Assembly: GCA_945905715.1 (NCBI GenBank)
Contig: CAMDPW010000004.1
Location: 1-53,288, forward strand
Reading direction: 5' to 3'
Source: Rickettsia typhi
GTDB taxonomy: Bacteria; Pseudomonadota; Alphaproteobacteria; Rickettsiales; JABSSG01
DNA length: 53,288 nt
Shown here: in pieces, positions 10,107 to 21,698 of the stretch
Numbering within the stretch: the stretch's first letter is position 1
Layout: each line of letters opens with the position of its first letter
Notes under the pieces: model-generated
Seen by the model: only the letters and a program-made list of their open reading frames with translations
Database searches by the model: none
What the model was told of the DNA's origin: nothing
Program-made: the position numbers and the translations under genes

Positions 10107-10584
10107 CTTTGATATTGTTTCTAACATTGATTTACAAGAAGTAGAAAACGCAATTCAGTCAGTGAAGAAGGAAATTGCTCAACGTTATGATTTTAAAGCT
10201 AGTGCAGCAAGTATTGATCGAAAGGCAGCGGAAATTACTATTATAGCTGATGATGATTACAAGCTAGATGCTATTCATGAGATGCTCAAAGTACACATAA
10301 CTAGGCGTAAGATCGATGTTAAGGCTTTAGATTTTGAAAAGCCACAAAGAGCCTCAGGCAACACACTCAGACAAGTGGTTAACATTAAACATGGAATTGA
10401 TAGCGAGACAGCTAAAAAAATTTCTAAAGAGATCAAGGGGCAAAAATTTAAAGCTCAAACTTCTATTAGAGGTGAAGAGTTAAGAGTAGAAGCTAAGAAA
10501 AAAGATGACTTGCAAGAGGTGATGACTTTTGTTAGAAATCTTAAAATAGAATTGCCATTGCAATTCAACAACTTTAGAGATTAA
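10099..10584 (+). CDS. yajQ: YajQ-family nucleotide (c-di-GMP)-binding protein
   Basis: MPSFDIVS, RYDFK, ELRV..KKKDDLQ, LPLQFNNFRD; overlaps the nrdB stop by 8 nt. Confidence 0.95.
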   Translation: MPSFDIVSNIDLQEVENAIQSVKKEIAQRYDFKASAASIDRKAAEITIIADDDYKLDAIHEMLKVHITRRKIDVKALDFEKPQRASGNTLRQVVNIKHGIDSETAKKISKEIKGQKFKAQTSIRGEELRVEAKKKDDLQEVMTFVRNLKIELPLQFNNFRD

Positions 10585-10590
10585 GTAATA

Positions 10591-10878
10591 CTAGCTATGT
10601 CCCTTACTACCTTTGCCTAATATTCCAGAGTTACTAAGACTTATTGAATTGAATAGACCTGGCAATGGTTCCTGAAGCTTACCCACAAGTAATGTAAATG
10701 GGCTATGAAATGGCTGCCAGTTTTGAAGGCCAGACATTGACGAAAATAAAGTTGCAAGAGGAAAAAAAGAATTAAGTAACGGACTTTTCTCTACTTGACT
10801 CAGGGTTTGTCCTATATTGCTAAATCCCATATTAGTTGGATTCCATAATGCATTAAATATTGACAAATCTTCTGACAT
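10591..10878 (-). CDS. Hypothetical Ser/Leu/Phe-rich small protein
   Basis: 95-codon ATG-started ORF fills the yajQ-tatC gap with no overlap; no family recognised. Confidence 0.6.
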   Translation of the reverse strand: MSEDLSIFNALWNPTNMGFSNIGQTLSQVEKSPLLNSFFPLATLFSSMSGLQNWQPFHSPFTLLVGKLQEPLPGLFNSISLSNSGILGKGSKGHS

Positions 10879-10946
10879 AATTTCAAATTTTTTAAAATTG
10901 CTACAACTTTGTACTAACTTGTGATATCTTTATAATCTATGAATTA

Positions 10947-10963
10947 GGTTAAAAAATAGTTAA
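10947..10963 (-). promoter_or_regulatory. CtrA-consensus binding site
   Basis: Minus strand reads TTAA-CTATTTT-TTAACC, which is the full TTAA-N7-TTAAC consensus. It lies in the divergent promoter region between the orphan ORF and tatC. Confidence 0.5.
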
Positions 10964-10986
10964 TATATCTCGCTACAATCTAAAAT

Positions 10987-11739
10987 ATGAGAAAATATCA
11001 TAATAAATTGACAATTTTTGCGCACTTAGTGGAGTTAAAGTGTGCACTACTTTGGTCTCTACTGGTGTTTGTTTTAGCATTTGTTTTATGTTATTGTTTT
11101 GTTGAGGATATTTATTCTTTTTTACTGCAACCATTAGAGAATTACTACCAGCAACAAGGTAAGCACCCTAGTCTTATTTATACTGGTTTGACAGAAGTTT
11201 TCTTTACGTATTTGCAATTAACTTTTTATAGCGCGGTATTAATTGCTCTACCGTTTTGTTTATATCAAATTTATATATTTTTAGCTCCAGGATTAAAGAA
11301 AAAAGAAAAAAAAGTGGTGTTATCATATTTTATTATTATGCCCATTCTCTTTTTACTTGGCTTGTTTTTTGTTTATCATTATATTTTTCCAGTAGCTTGG
11401 TCTTTTTTCTTAAGCTTTGAAACGCCTAAATTGCCAAATGCAATGCCAATAAAATTAGAAGCTAGGGTGAGTGAGTATTTATCTTTAGTCATCCAATTAA
11501 TTATGGTTTTTGGTATTGCCTTTCAGCTACCAGTGGTATTAACTTTGCTGGTACGTATCGGTATACTTTCTATTGATACTTTAAAAGCAAAAAGAAGATT
11601 AGCGATAATTATTATTTTTGTGATTGCAGCAATTGTTACTCCTCCTGATGCCTTCAGTCAAATTGGTCTCGCTACAGTGTTGATTTTATTATATGAATTA
11701 TCAATTCTTGCTTGTAAAATCATAGAAAAAAAAGGATGA
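10987..11739 (+). CDS. tatC: Twin-arginine translocase subunit TatC
   Basis: HLVELK, TEVFFTY, FLAPGL, FQLPV, TPPD..SQ, LYE; multiple hydrophobic segments; upstream of serS. Confidence 0.96.
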   Translation: MRKYHNKLTIFAHLVELKCALLWSLLVFVLAFVLCYCFVEDIYSFLLQPLENYYQQQGKHPSLIYTGLTEVFFTYLQLTFYSAVLIALPFCLYQIYIFLAPGLKKKEKKVVLSYFIIMPILFLLGLFFVYHYIFPVAWSFFLSFETPKLPNAMPIKLEARVSEYLSLVIQLIMVFGIAFQLPVVLTLLVRIGILSIDTLKAKRRLAIIIIFVIAAIVTPPDAFSQIGLATVLILLYELSILACKIIEKKG

Positions 11740-11745
11740 TATTTT

Positions 11746-13020
11746 ATGCATAATATTCATTGGATCAGAGATAACCCAACTCTTCTTGATCGAGCCTTGG
11801 TTCAACGAGAAATGCAGCCAGTATCTATTGAGATTATAGAATTAGATGAGCAATGTCGCAAACAAATAGCGCAGCAACAGCGGTTGCAACAGGAGCGTAA
11901 CGCTAAATCAAAAGCAATAGGAGCAATCAAAGATAAATTAGGTGATGAATTTGCAGTGGCAAAGGAAGAAGTTGAACTAATTAATCGTAGCATTGATGAG
12001 TTGAAGGTTACTATTGCTGAATTAGAAAATAAAATATACTCAATACTTGAATGCTTACCTAATATTTTAGCAGATGATGTGCCAATAGGCAAAAATGAAA
12101 ATGATAATACTGAAGTGAGGGTCGTTGGCACGCCAACGGTATTTAATTTTGTGCCAAAACATCATTTTGAAATTGGTGAGGCGCTTGGAATGATGGATTT
12201 TGAACAAACCGCTTTAATTTCTGGCAGTAGATTTGTTACACTAAAAGCTGATTTAGCGTTGATGGAGAGAGCTCTTGCTAATTTTATGCTTGATATTCAT
12301 ACTAAAGAATATGGTTATATGGAAGTCTCCCCACCTGTACTAGTGAAAGATCAAGCAATGTATGGAGTAGGGCAGTTACCAAAATTTGCTGACGATTCTT
12401 TTCAAACTACCAGTGGGTACCGCTTAATTCCAACATCAGAAGTGTCTTTAACTAATTTAGTAGCCGATACAATAGTGCATCAAGAGCAGTTACCATTAAG
12501 ATTTACTGCTTTTTCTCATTGCTTTCGTTCAGAAGCTGGTAGCGCTGGTAAAGATACAAGAGGAATGATTAGATTGCATCAGTTTAGCAAAGTTGAATTA
12601 GTATGTATTAGTGATGCAGAAAATTATCATATTGAATATAGCAAAATGATAGAGGCTGTAGAGCAGATTTTGAAACGCTTAGAACTGTCATATAGAGTAA
12701 TGCTATTATGTTCTGGAGATACTGGATTTGCTTCAACAAAAACTTATGATTTTGAAGTATGGTTACCAGCGCAAAATAAATATCGAGAAATTTCGAGCTG
12801 TTCTATTTTTGGTCAATTTCAAGCAAGAAGAATGAAGGCTAGATATCGCAATAAGGCTCAAGAAATAAATCATCTTTTTACAATGAATGGTTCCGGTCTT
12901 GCTATAGGCAGAACTATTGTTGCAATACTAGAAAATTATCAGAATGCTGATGGCTCTATAAATATTCCAATGGCTTTACAACCATATATGAACAACCAAC
13001 AAAAGATTACTAAGTTATAG
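11746..13020 (+). CDS. serS: Serine--tRNA ligase
   Basis: N-terminal coiled coil, LIPTSEV, FRSEAGSAGKDTRG.IRLHQFSKVE, EISSCS, NGSGLAIGR. Confidence 0.98.
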   Translation: MHNIHWIRDNPTLLDRALVQREMQPVSIEIIELDEQCRKQIAQQQRLQQERNAKSKAIGAIKDKLGDEFAVAKEEVELINRSIDELKVTIAELENKIYSILECLPNILADDVPIGKNENDNTEVRVVGTPTVFNFVPKHHFEIGEALGMMDFEQTALISGSRFVTLKADLALMERALANFMLDIHTKEYGYMEVSPPVLVKDQAMYGVGQLPKFADDSFQTTSGYRLIPTSEVSLTNLVADTIVHQEQLPLRFTAFSHCFRSEAGSAGKDTRGMIRLHQFSKVELVCISDAENYHIEYSKMIEAVEQILKRLELSYRVMLLCSGDTGFASTKTYDFEVWLPAQNKYREISSCSIFGQFQARRMKARYRNKAQEINHLFTMNGSGLAIGRTIVAILENYQNADGSINIPMALQPYMNNQQKITKL

Positions 13021-13767
13021 ATTGTTTTTATTTTTTTCAAAAAAACTAATTGCAGCATCTAGATCTTCTTTTGTGTCAACGCTAATAGGACTGTCATTCA
13101 CGACCGCAACATTTATTGTCATATTATTTTCTAAAGCACGCAACTGTTCTAATTTTTCTTGTAGCTCCAATGGTGTTTGTGGTAGTGATATAAATTTTTT
13201 AAGCGCGTCCCGTTTAAAGGCATAAATGCCTAGATGTTCATAGTACGGATTAGCATTATGGGGGATAGCTTTGCGTGAAAAATATAAAGCTTGGCCATAA
13301 TTATTTGCTTGATCTTTAAAAGCAACGGCTACAGTCACTATACTTTTCATATGTTTTTTACCAGTTTCTTTTACGGGCGTAACTAAAGTATTTATATCTG
13401 CTGTGGATTGTTGATTAAAATTATGCAAAACTTTAATTGAATTGGCATTGATAAAAGGCATGTCACCTTGTAAATTTATTACAAATTCCAAATTTTTATT
13501 TGGATCAATTTGCTCAAGTGCATCATATATCCGATCTGATCCAGATTGGTGATCAGGAGAAGTCATAATGCATTCAGTATTGTAATTTTTTACTATTTGT
13601 AAAATTTCATTAGAATCAGTGGCTACAACTACTTTGCCAATATCTGCTTCTTTGGCTCGATCAATGACATGAATAATCATAGGCTTGTTTCCAATATAGA
13701 GAATTGGTTTGTTTGGCAATCTTGTAGCGCCTATCCTAGCTGGTATAAAAATACATGTGTTGTTCAT
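13015..13767 (-). CDS. kdsB: 3-deoxy-manno-octulosonate cytidylyltransferase
   Basis: IPAR..ATRLPNKP, HQSGSDR, NLQGD.P, ALYFSR..IP, EKLEQLRALE, SVDT.EDL. ATG at 13767 preferred over the TTG at 13788. Confidence 0.95.
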   Translation of the reverse strand: MNNTCIFIPARIGATRLPNKPILYIGNKPMIIHVIDRAKEADIGKVVVATDSNEILQIVKNYNTECIMTSPDHQSGSDRIYDALEQIDPNKNLEFVINLQGDMPFINANSIKVLHNFNQQSTADINTLVTPVKETGKKHMKSIVTVAVAFKDQANNYGQALYFSRKAIPHNANPYYEHLGIYAFKRDALKKFISLPQTPLELQEKLEQLRALENNMTINVAVVNDSPISVDTKEDLDAAISFFEKNKNNL

Positions 13768-13924
13768 AGTTCTATTATTAATAATCAATTAATTTATTAC
13801 TTCTTATAATACATACAGTATAATAATGGAAGAATTAGAAGTTTAAAGTCTTTATTTTGCATTAGATAAAGTTTATAGTTGACAACTAATGGAATGTTTA
13901 TCATACAGGATAAGGTTTTCTAAA

Positions 13925-14000
13925 GTGCCCGTAGCTCAGTCGGTAGAGCAACTGACTTTTAATCAGTAGGTCACAGGTTCAAATCCTGTCGGGCACACCA
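13925..14000 (+). tRNA. tRNA-Lys (anticodon TTT)
   Basis: 76 nt: acceptor stem GTGCCCG/CGGGCAC, D arm GCTC-AGTCGGTA-GAGC, anticodon arm ACTGA-CTTTTAA-TCAGT, T loop GGTTCAAATCC, encoded CCA end. Confidence 0.98.
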
Positions 14001-14061
14001 AAAAGTATGTATGTAGTAAATTCCTTATACTAATAATACTAGTGAATAGGACATCAAAAAA

Positions 14062-14436
14062 ATGCTTAGTGTAGTACCAGATTATATATTAACATACTTA
14101 CCTGTTATAATATTTTTTGGATTAGCTGTTGTATTATCCATGGTGATGATCTGCATACCTTTAGCGTTAGTCAAGAGCAAACCAGATAATGAAAAATTAT
14201 CTACATATGAATGTGGTTTTGAGCCATTTAGCGATGCTCGTAGGCAGTTTAATGTCAAATTCTATTTAGTAGCAATTTTATTTATCATTTTTGATATTGA
14301 GATAATGTTCCTATTTCCATGGGCTATCACATTAGGTAAAATTGGGTTATATGGATTTTGGTCAATGATCATATTCTTAGGTATTCTGACAGTGGGATTC
14401 ATTTATGAATGGAAGAAAGGAGCTCTGGATTGGTGA
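14062..14436 (+). CDS. nuoA: NADH-quinone oxidoreductase subunit A
   Basis: [35 protein letters not shown]. Confidence 0.97.
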   Translation: MLSVVPDYILTYLPVIIFFGLAVVLSMVMICIPLALVKSKPDNEKLSTYECGFEPFSDARRQFNVKFYLVAILFIIFDIEIMFLFPWAITLGKIGLYGFWSMIIFLGILTVGFIYEWKKGALDW

Positions 14437-14963
14437 TGAGTAAAGCGCAATTACGTTCATTCTTAGATCAAGACGAGATTCTTACAGACTTTAATGACAG
14501 TATAAGTAATAGAGGTTATGTATTAACTAAACTTGATGATCTAGCTAATTGGTCGCGTGCAGGATCATTGTGGCCAATGAGTTTTGGCTTGGCATGTTGC
14601 GCAATAGAGATGATGCAATGCGCTGCTAGTCGTTACGATATGGATCGTTTTGGTTTATTGTTTAGACCAAGTCCGCGACAATCAGACCTGATGATTGTTT
14701 CAGGCACATTAACAAATAAAATGGCACCAGCTTTACGCAAAGTTTACGATCAAATGGCAGAACCTCGATATGTAATTTCCATGGGAAGTTGTGCTAATGG
14801 TGGTGGTTATTATCACTATTCTTATTCAGTGGTGCGTGGTTGTGATCGTATTGTGCCAGTTGATGTGTATGTTCCTGGATGCCCACCTACTGCTGAAGCA
14901 TTGTTGTATGGTATTACAGTGTTACAACGAAAAATCAAACGCATTGGTCGAATTAATAGATAA
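14436..14963 (+). CDS. nuoB: NADH-quinone oxidoreductase subunit B
   Basis: [26 protein letters not shown]. Start placed at the TGATG overlap with nuoA; the track starts at 14409. Confidence 0.97.
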   Translation: MSKAQLRSFLDQDEILTDFNDSISNRGYVLTKLDDLANWSRAGSLWPMSFGLACCAIEMMQCAASRYDMDRFGLLFRPSPRQSDLMIVSGTLTNKMAPALRKVYDQMAEPRYVISMGSCANGGGYYHYSYSVVRGCDRIVPVDVYVPGCPPTAEALLYGITVLQRKIKRIGRINR

Positions 14964-14974
14964 CTAGCTGAACA

Positions 14975-15586
14975 ATGACAATGGAACAATTAAATAATAT
15001 ATCTAATTCACTTACAAGCTATTTAGGAGAATGTATTTCATGTTCTGTGATTCCAGGATTTTTAAATATCAACCTTACTGATCAAACAAAGCTTATCGAA
15101 TTATTAAATTTTCTAAAAAAAGAAAACGATTTTCTTTGTACGGTCTTGACTGATTTATTCGTAGTTGATTATCCTGATCGAATAAAAAGGTTTGATGTTA
15201 TTTATAATTTACTGAGCTTGCAACATAATTTCAGAGTAGTGGCGCAAGTTGGTTTAAGTGATGGTGAGGAGCTTAGCACAGCAGTACATATTTATAGCTG
15301 TGCTTTATGGTATGAAAGAGAAGCGTGGGACATGTATGGTGTAAAATTCTATAATAATCCAGACTTAAGAAGAATCTTAACGGATTACGGATTTGACGGC
15401 CATCCATTGCGTAAAGATTTTCCACTTACTGGTTACAAAGAAGTGCGTTATGATATTGAGCAGAAAAAAGTAATATATGAACCGGTGAATCTCACTCAAG
15501 AATTTCGTACATTTGATTTCTTAAGTCCGTGGGAAGGAACCAAGTATGTTCTTCCCGGTGATGAAAAAGCAAAAGAGCAGCAATAG
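14975..15586 (+). CDS. nuoC: NADH-quinone oxidoreductase subunit C
   Basis: EREAWDMYG...NPDLRRILTDYGFDGHPLRKDFP. Confidence 0.97.
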   Translation: MTMEQLNNISNSLTSYLGECISCSVIPGFLNINLTDQTKLIELLNFLKKENDFLCTVLTDLFVVDYPDRIKRFDVIYNLLSLQHNFRVVAQVGLSDGEELSTAVHIYSCALWYEREAWDMYGVKFYNNPDLRRILTDYGFDGHPLRKDFPLTGYKEVRYDIEQKKVIYEPVNLTQEFRTFDFLSPWEGTKYVLPGDEKAKEQQ

Positions 15587-16768
15587 ATGCAAAAAAAAGA
15601 TAAATTTAAAAATATAACTTTAAATTTTGGCCCGCAGCATCCTGCAGCGCATGGAGTTTTAAGATTAATTTTAGAATTAGATGGAGAAGTAATAGAGAGA
15701 GCAGATCCTCATATCGGTCTTTTGCATCGTGGTACTGAAAAATTGATTGAGCATAAAACTTACTTACAAGCTGTGCCGTATTTTGATCGCTTAGATTATG
15801 TCTCTCCAATGTGTCAAGAGCATAGTTATGCTTTAGCTGTTGAGAAGTTACTAAAATGTGACATACCACTAAGAGCGCAATATATTCGTGTTTTATTTAG
15901 CGAATTAACTAGAATCTTAAATCATTGCCTTAACATTGCTACGCAGGCTTTAGATGTTGGCGCTACCACGCCATTACTTTGGTTGTTTGAAGAGCGTGAG
16001 AAAATCATGGGATTTTATGAGCAAGTTTCAGGAGCAAGAATGCATTCTGCATATTTTCGTCCAGGTGGTGTGGCTCAAGATTTGCCCCCAGGTTTACTTG
16101 ACCGAATAGGAGAATTTATAGCATGTTTTCCAAAAGTTTTAGCAGACACCGAGGGTTTATTAACAAACAATCGCATTTGGAAACAAAGAACTGTTGATAT
16201 AGGGGTAGTAACTCCACAACAAGCGCAGGATTGGGGATTTAGTGGCCCAATGTTAAGAGGTTCTGGTGTGGCTTGGGATTTACGTAAATCTCAACCTTAC
16301 GCAGTATATGCAGAGATGGATTTTGACATTCCAATTGGTCAAAACGGTGACTGTTATGATCGTTATTTAGTACGTATTGAAGAAATGTACCAATCATTAC
16401 GAATAATAAAACAATGCATTGATAAAATGCCAAATGGTCCTGTAAAGAGCTTAGATAGGAAATTTACCCCTCCTTCGCGTGCAGAGATGAAGTATTCTAT
16501 GGAGGCTTTAATTCATCATTTTAAACTATTTACCGAAGGTTATCATGTACCAGTCGGAGAGGTATATGCGGCCGTTGAGGCCCCTAAAGGCGAGTTCGGT
16601 GTGTATTTAGTATCTGATGGAACAAATAAGCCGTATCGTTGTCGCATTAAAGCTCCAGGATTTGCTCATTTACAAGGTTTAGATTTTATGTCAAAAGGAC
16701 ATATGTTAGCTGATGTTGTAACTATTATCGGTAGTTTAGATATAGTTTTTGGAGAGATTGATAGGTAG
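15587..16768 (+). CDS. nuoD: NADH-quinone oxidoreductase subunit D
   Basis: [38 protein letters not shown]. Confidence 0.98.
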   Translation: MQKKDKFKNITLNFGPQHPAAHGVLRLILELDGEVIERADPHIGLLHRGTEKLIEHKTYLQAVPYFDRLDYVSPMCQEHSYALAVEKLLKCDIPLRAQYIRVLFSELTRILNHCLNIATQALDVGATTPLLWLFEEREKIMGFYEQVSGARMHSAYFRPGGVAQDLPPGLLDRIGEFIACFPKVLADTEGLLTNNRIWKQRTVDIGVVTPQQAQDWGFSGPMLRGSGVAWDLRKSQPYAVYAEMDFDIPIGQNGDCYDRYLVRIEEMYQSLRIIKQCIDKMPNGPVKSLDRKFTPPSRAEMKYSMEALIHHFKLFTEGYHVPVGEVYAAVEAPKGEFGVYLVSDGTNKPYRCRIKAPGFAHLQGLDFMSKGHMLADVVTIIGSLDIVFGEIDR

Positions 16769-16776
16769 AATTTGAA

Positions 16777-17337
16777 ATGACTGAAATAAAGAGCTTTAAA
16801 TTTACTAAGGATAATTTAGCAAAATCACAAGAAGTGTTAGCTAAGTACCCAAAAAACAATCAAGAAAGTGCAGTTATGCCATTGCTAGACATAGCTCAAC
16901 GCCAAGGCAGTGGATGGCTTACTAGAGAAGCTATGGATTATGTGGCAAATACGCTCTCTATGGCGCCAATTAGAGTGTATGAAGTAGCGAGTTTTTATAC
17001 TATGTACAATCTAAAACCAGTAGGTAAGTACTGTATAAGGATTTGCGGTACTACCCCTTGTTGGTTGCGTGGCGCTGAAGAGATCGCAATTGTCTGCGAA
17101 AAGGAATTAGGTATTAAAAATGGCGAAACGACTAAAGATGGTATGTTCACACTAAGTGAAGTAGAGTGCTTGTGTGCATGTGCAAATGCACCTGTAGTAC
17201 AAATTAATAATGATTATTATGAAGATTTGGACAAGATAAGCATGCGCAAGATTATCACTGATCTTAAAGATGGTAAAAAAATAAAATATGGCTCACAAAT
17301 CGGCAGGTGTGGTGCAGAGCCAAAGGAAAGAAGCTAA
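16777..17337 (+). CDS. nuoE: NADH-quinone oxidoreductase subunit E
   Basis: VYEVASFYTMY, CGTTPC and ECLCACANAP (2Fe-2S ligands). Confidence 0.96.
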   Translation: MTEIKSFKFTKDNLAKSQEVLAKYPKNNQESAVMPLLDIAQRQGSGWLTREAMDYVANTLSMAPIRVYEVASFYTMYNLKPVGKYCIRICGTTPCWLRGAEEIAIVCEKELGIKNGETTKDGMFTLSEVECLCACANAPVVQINNDYYEDLDKISMRKIITDLKDGKKIKYGSQIGRCGAEPKERS

Positions 17338-18618
17338 ATGTTAGCAGAAATTGACAGAGTCTTTCATAATTTATATGGTTCTTTAGGGGCTGATCTCGCT
17401 TCTGCTAAAAAACGTGGAGATTGGGATGATACTGTACAATTTCTCACTAAAGATCGCAATGCGGTCATTGAGGAGGTTAAAGCCTCAGGATTAAGAGGCA
17501 GAGGCGGCGCAGGTTTTTCTACTGGTATGAAATGGTCATTTATACCTAAAGAGAAAACTAAACCTCATTACCTAGTTGCAAATGCAGATGAGGGTGAGCC
17601 AGGATCATGTAAAGATCGTGATATACTTAGGCACGAACCACATAAATTGATTGAAGGAGTACTGATTGCTAGTTATGCGATTCAAGCAAATGTTGCTTAT
17701 ATCTATGTTCGTGGTGAATTTTACAATGAGGCCGTACAATTACAAAAAGCTATTGATGAAGCGTACGAGGCTGGATTGATTGGTAACAATGCATGCAAAT
17801 CTGGCTTTGATTGCAATATTTATGTACATTTAGGTGCTGGAGCTTATATCTGCGGTGAAGAAACTGCACTACTGGAAAGTCTATCTGGAAGAAAAGGGAT
17901 GCCGAGGTTAAAACCACCTTTTCCCGCTGGTACTGGTCTGTTTGGTTGCCCAACTACCATTAATAACGTAGAATCTTTAGCGGTAGTGCCAACGATTTTG
18001 CGTAGAGGTGCGGCCTGGTTTTCTTCAATAGGCAAACCTAACAATGCTGGAGTGAAATTATTTTCAATTTCAGGACATGTAAATAAGCCATGCAATGTTG
18101 AAGAAGCTATGGGGATACCGCTTAAAGATCTAATTGAAAAATATGCTGGAGGAGTAAGAGGCGGTTGGCAGAATTTATTAGCAGTGATTCCTGGCGGATC
18201 CTCAGTGCCATTAATTCCAAAATCAGTATGTGAGTATGTTCACATGGATTTCGATAGTTTACATGCAGAGCAGACAGCTTTAGGTACTGGCGGGATCATT
18301 GTTATGGATAAGTCTACAGATATTGTTTATGCAATTGCTCGTCTTAGTAAATTTTATATGCATGAATCTTGTGGGCAATGCACCCCATGTCGTGAGGGCA
18401 CTGGTTGGATGTGGCGAGTAATGATGAGACTGGTGGAAGGCAAGGCTAAAGTAGAAGAAATTGATCAATTACTAGATGTATCAAAACAAATCGAAGGTCA
18501 CACTATTTGCGCTCTCGGCGATGCTGCCGCCTGGCCAATACAAGGATTAGTTAGACATTTTCGTGGTGAAATTGAGCGAAGAATTACTCAGTATAATCAA
18601 ATATGTAAAGCGGTTTAG
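17338..18618 (+). CDS. nuoF: NADH-quinone oxidoreductase subunit F
   Basis: [49 protein letters not shown]. Confidence 0.98.
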   Translation: MLAEIDRVFHNLYGSLGADLASAKKRGDWDDTVQFLTKDRNAVIEEVKASGLRGRGGAGFSTGMKWSFIPKEKTKPHYLVANADEGEPGSCKDRDILRHEPHKLIEGVLIASYAIQANVAYIYVRGEFYNEAVQLQKAIDEAYEAGLIGNNACKSGFDCNIYVHLGAGAYICGEETALLESLSGRKGMPRLKPPFPAGTGLFGCPTTINNVESLAVVPTILRRGAAWFSSIGKPNNAGVKLFSISGHVNKPCNVEEAMGIPLKDLIEKYAGGVRGGWQNLLAVIPGGSSVPLIPKSVCEYVHMDFDSLHAEQTALGTGGIIVMDKSTDIVYAIARLSKFYMHESCGQCTPCREGTGWMWRVMMRLVEGKAKVEEIDQLLDVSKQIEGHTICALGDAAAWPIQGLVRHFRGEIERRITQYNQICKAV

Positions 18619-18621
18619 AAT

Positions 18622-20670
18622 ATGCCAAAATTAATTATTAATGGTAAAGCAGTAGAAGTGCCTGCGGGTATAACCTTAATTCAAGCCTGTGAATTGGTAG
18701 GAGTAGAAATACCACGTTTTTGTTATCATGACCGCCTACATGTCGCTGGGAATTGCAGGATGTGCTTGGTTGAGCTCGAAAAATCTCCTAAGCCTGTAGC
18801 TTCGTGTGCTTTATCTGTCAGTGATGGTATGGTTGTTCATACTGATTCTCCAATGATAAAAAAAGCACGTGAAGGGGTGCTAGAATTTTTACTAATCAAT
18901 CACCCACTTGATTGCCCAATCTGCGATGAAGGTGGTGAGTGCGACTTACAAGATCAAACCATAATGTACGGACGTGGTACTAACAGGTTTGCAGAAAATA
19001 AAAGAGCTGTGCCAGATAAATATATGGGACCATTAATTAAAACGCAGATGAATAGGTGTATTCATTGCACTAGATGTGTAAGATTTGCTACTGAAATTGC
19101 TGGAGTTGAAGAGTTAGGTGCAATGGGTAGGGGTGAACACATGGAAATTGGCACCTATATCGAACAATCAATTACTTCAGAATTGTCTGGAAATATGATA
19201 GATATATGTCCAGTTGGTGCGCTTACATCTAAACCATATGCATTTAAAGCTAGAAGTTGGGAATTGATTAAAACAGAGTCAATAGATGTGTTAGATGCTG
19301 TTGGTAGTAATATACGAGTAGATGTTCGTGGAAAGGAAGTGATGCGAATTTTACCTAAATTGCATGAAGATATAAATGAAGAATGGATTTCTGATAAAAC
19401 CAGATTTGCTTGCGATGGTTTACAAAATCAGAGACTAGATGTTCCAATGGTCAAGGTAAGTGGCAAATTAAAGCCAGTAAGTTGGTCAGAGGCATTTAAA
19501 TTTATCAAACATAAACTAAGAACTTTATCTGGCAATGAGATCGGCGCAATTATCGGTGATTTAGTTGATGCTGAGTCCATTATGGTATTAAAGGATTTAA
19601 TGATCGGTTTGCAATCACCAAATATTGATTGTATGCAAGAGGGTGCAAGAGTTTACCATAGTAATCGTGCTCACTATTTATTTAATACTTCTATTGCAGG
19701 TATTGAGCAGTCTGACTGTTGCGTGTTGATAGGTACAAATCCAAGATATGAAGCAAGTCTTGTTAATGCAAGAATCAGAAAAAGATATATGCGTGGTCAA
19801 TATAATGTATATTCTATTGGCTCTCAAGATGATCTTACTTATCCAGTAACACATTTAGGTGATGATCCTAAGGTTTTGCAAGATATATTACAAGGTCAGC
19901 ATTCTTTAGTGCAGCGTTTACAACAAGCTCAAAATCCAATTATGGTTATTGGCTACGGAGCTTTGATGCGTGATGATTATAAAGCAATTTTATATTTATG
20001 CAGTGAAATTGCACAAAAATATGGTTTCATAAAAAATAATTGGAATGGCTTCAACATTTTGCATAGTGCAGCTTCAAGAGTAGCTGCGCTTGATCTGGGG
20101 TTTGTACCACAAAAAGGTGGTATGTACACTCATGAAATATTAACAGCCGCACAAAAGCAAAAAATAAAAGCAGTATATTTATTGGGTGCAGATGAAATTG
20201 ATGTACAAAAACTAAAAAACACTTTCGTTATTTATCAGGGCCACCATGGAGATAAGTCAGCTAATATTGCGGATGTCATTTTACCTGGAGTGGCTTACAC
20301 TGAAAAAGAAGCTATTTACGTTAATTTAGAAGGTAGAGTACAACGCACCAATTTAGCCGTGATGCCTCATGGCGAAGCCAAGGAAGATTGGCAGATACTA
20401 AAAATGCTAATGGAAGTCTTGGATATTCAGTTAAAGTACCAGACTAAAGATGAACTGAGAAGAGAGATGATCAAAATTTCTCCAACTTTTGCGTCTTATG
20501 ATGCAATCGAAGCGCAACCATGGCAGGCATGCGGTTCAGAAGGAGAGCTTGATAGTGCTCCTATTAGAAGTCGTGAACTTAATTATTATTTTACCGATCC
20601 TATTTGTCGAGCATCAAAAACAATGGCGCAATGTGTAGCCGAAATCCTAGATCGTAAGAGGGTTGCGTAA
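18622..20670 (+). CDS. nuoG: NADH-quinone oxidoreductase subunit G
   Basis: [51 protein letters not shown]. Confidence 0.98.
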   Translation: MPKLIINGKAVEVPAGITLIQACELVGVEIPRFCYHDRLHVAGNCRMCLVELEKSPKPVASCALSVSDGMVVHTDSPMIKKAREGVLEFLLINHPLDCPICDEGGECDLQDQTIMYGRGTNRFAENKRAVPDKYMGPLIKTQMNRCIHCTRCVRFATEIAGVEELGAMGRGEHMEIGTYIEQSITSELSGNMIDICPVGALTSKPYAFKARSWELIKTESIDVLDAVGSNIRVDVRGKEVMRILPKLHEDINEEWISDKTRFACDGLQNQRLDVPMVKVSGKLKPVSWSEAFKFIKHKLRTLSGNEIGAIIGDLVDAESIMVLKDLMIGLQSPNIDCMQEGARVYHSNRAHYLFNTSIAGIEQSDCCVLIGTNPRYEASLVNARIRKRYMRGQYNVYSIGSQDDLTYPVTHLGDDPKVLQDILQGQHSLVQRLQQAQNPIMVIGYGALMRDDYKAILYLCSEIAQKYGFIKNNWNGFNILHSAASRVAALDLGFVPQKGGMYTHEILTAAQKQKIKAVYLLGADEIDVQKLKNTFVIYQGHHGDKSANIADVILPGVAYTEKEAIYVNLEGRVQRTNLAVMPHGEAKEDWQILKMLMEVLDIQLKYQTKDELRREMIKISPTFASYDAIEAQPWQACGSEGELDSAPIRSRELNYYFTDPICRASKTMAQCVAEILDRKRVA

Positions 20671-20671
20671 T

Positions 20672-21685
20672 ATGGATATAATTTTAAATTATATTATCGA
20701 ATTATTAGGCATATTAGGAAAAATACTTACAATTACTATTCCGCTTATTTTCTCTGTAGCTTATCTGACGCTCGCTGACAGAAAAATAATTGCTCTAATG
20801 CAATTACGTCGCGGTCCTAACGTAGTTGGTATTTTTGGTTTATTGCAGCCAATAGCAGATGCAGTGAAGCTATTATTCAAAGAAATAATCATTCCCACAA
20901 CAGCAGATAAATTTCTTTTTATTTTAGCTCCTGTCATCACTTTTGTATTAAGTTTGATTGGTTGGGCAGTAATTCCATTTAGTATAAAGGGAGGTATAGC
21001 TGATATCAATGTGGGAATTCTTTATTTGCTGGCAACTTCATCATTAGGTGTGTATGGGATTATTATTGCTGGTTGGGCAAGTAATTCTAAGTATGCTTTT
21101 TTTGGAGCTATTAGGTCAGCAGCGCAAATGATCTCATATGAAATTTCTATCGGCTTAGCAATAGTATGTGTTTTGATTGCTACTGGTTCTTTGAACCTCA
21201 AGGAGATTGTTCTTGCTCAGCAAAATATGTCATTGTGGATTAAGCTTTTGCTTTTTCCAATGATGATAGTGTTTTTTATTTCAATTTTAGCTGAAACAAA
21301 TCGCTTACCATTTGATTTGCCAGAGGCGGAATCTGAGTTAGTAGCCGGTTACAATGTAGAGTATTCTTCAATTCTTTTCGCTTTGTTTTTCTTAGGCGAG
21401 TATGCTAACATGATTTTGACTAGCGCTATCACAGTTCTTTTGTTCTGGAGTGGTTGGTTGCCTATTATTGATTGGCCATTTTTCAATTCTATACCGCCTT
21501 TTATTTGGTTTATGCTAAAAATTACTATATTATTATTTTGTTTTGTATGGATAAGAGCATCTTTTCCTAGATATAGATATGATCAGTTGATGAGACTTGG
21601 TTGGAAGGTGTTCTTACCTTTAACGTTATCATGGGTAGTGTTGGTAGCTGGTACTTTATTATATTTTGATAAATTGCCACAATGA
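20672..21685 (+). CDS. nuoH: NADH-quinone oxidoreductase subunit H
   Basis: [47 protein letters not shown] at 20672 preferred. Confidence 0.97.
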   Translation: MDIILNYIIELLGILGKILTITIPLIFSVAYLTLADRKIIALMQLRRGPNVVGIFGLLQPIADAVKLLFKEIIIPTTADKFLFILAPVITFVLSLIGWAVIPFSIKGGIADINVGILYLLATSSLGVYGIIIAGWASNSKYAFFGAIRSAAQMISYEISIGLAIVCVLIATGSLNLKEIVLAQQNMSLWIKLLLFPMMIVFFISILAETNRLPFDLPEAESELVAGYNVEYSSILFALFFLGEYANMILTSAITVLLFWSGWLPIIDWPFFNSIPPFIWFMLKITILLFCFVWIRASFPRYRYDQLMRLGWKVFLPLTLSWVVLVAGTLLYFDKLPQ

Positions 21686-21698
21686 CTAGGTGTAAATT

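Noticed and set aside
13778-13792. TTAA-N7-TTAA just upstream of kdsB
   Set aside because: Almost pure A/T context and no terminal C; several such matches are expected by chance at this composition.
13879-13907. TTGACA promoter candidate before tRNA-Lys
   Set aside because: The -35 is perfect but the -10 at 17 bp spacing (CATACA) is weak; plausible but not supportable.
13925-14000. tRNA-Lys as an integration site
   Set aside because: No integrase nearby and no duplicated tRNA 3' end noticed; nuoA follows directly.
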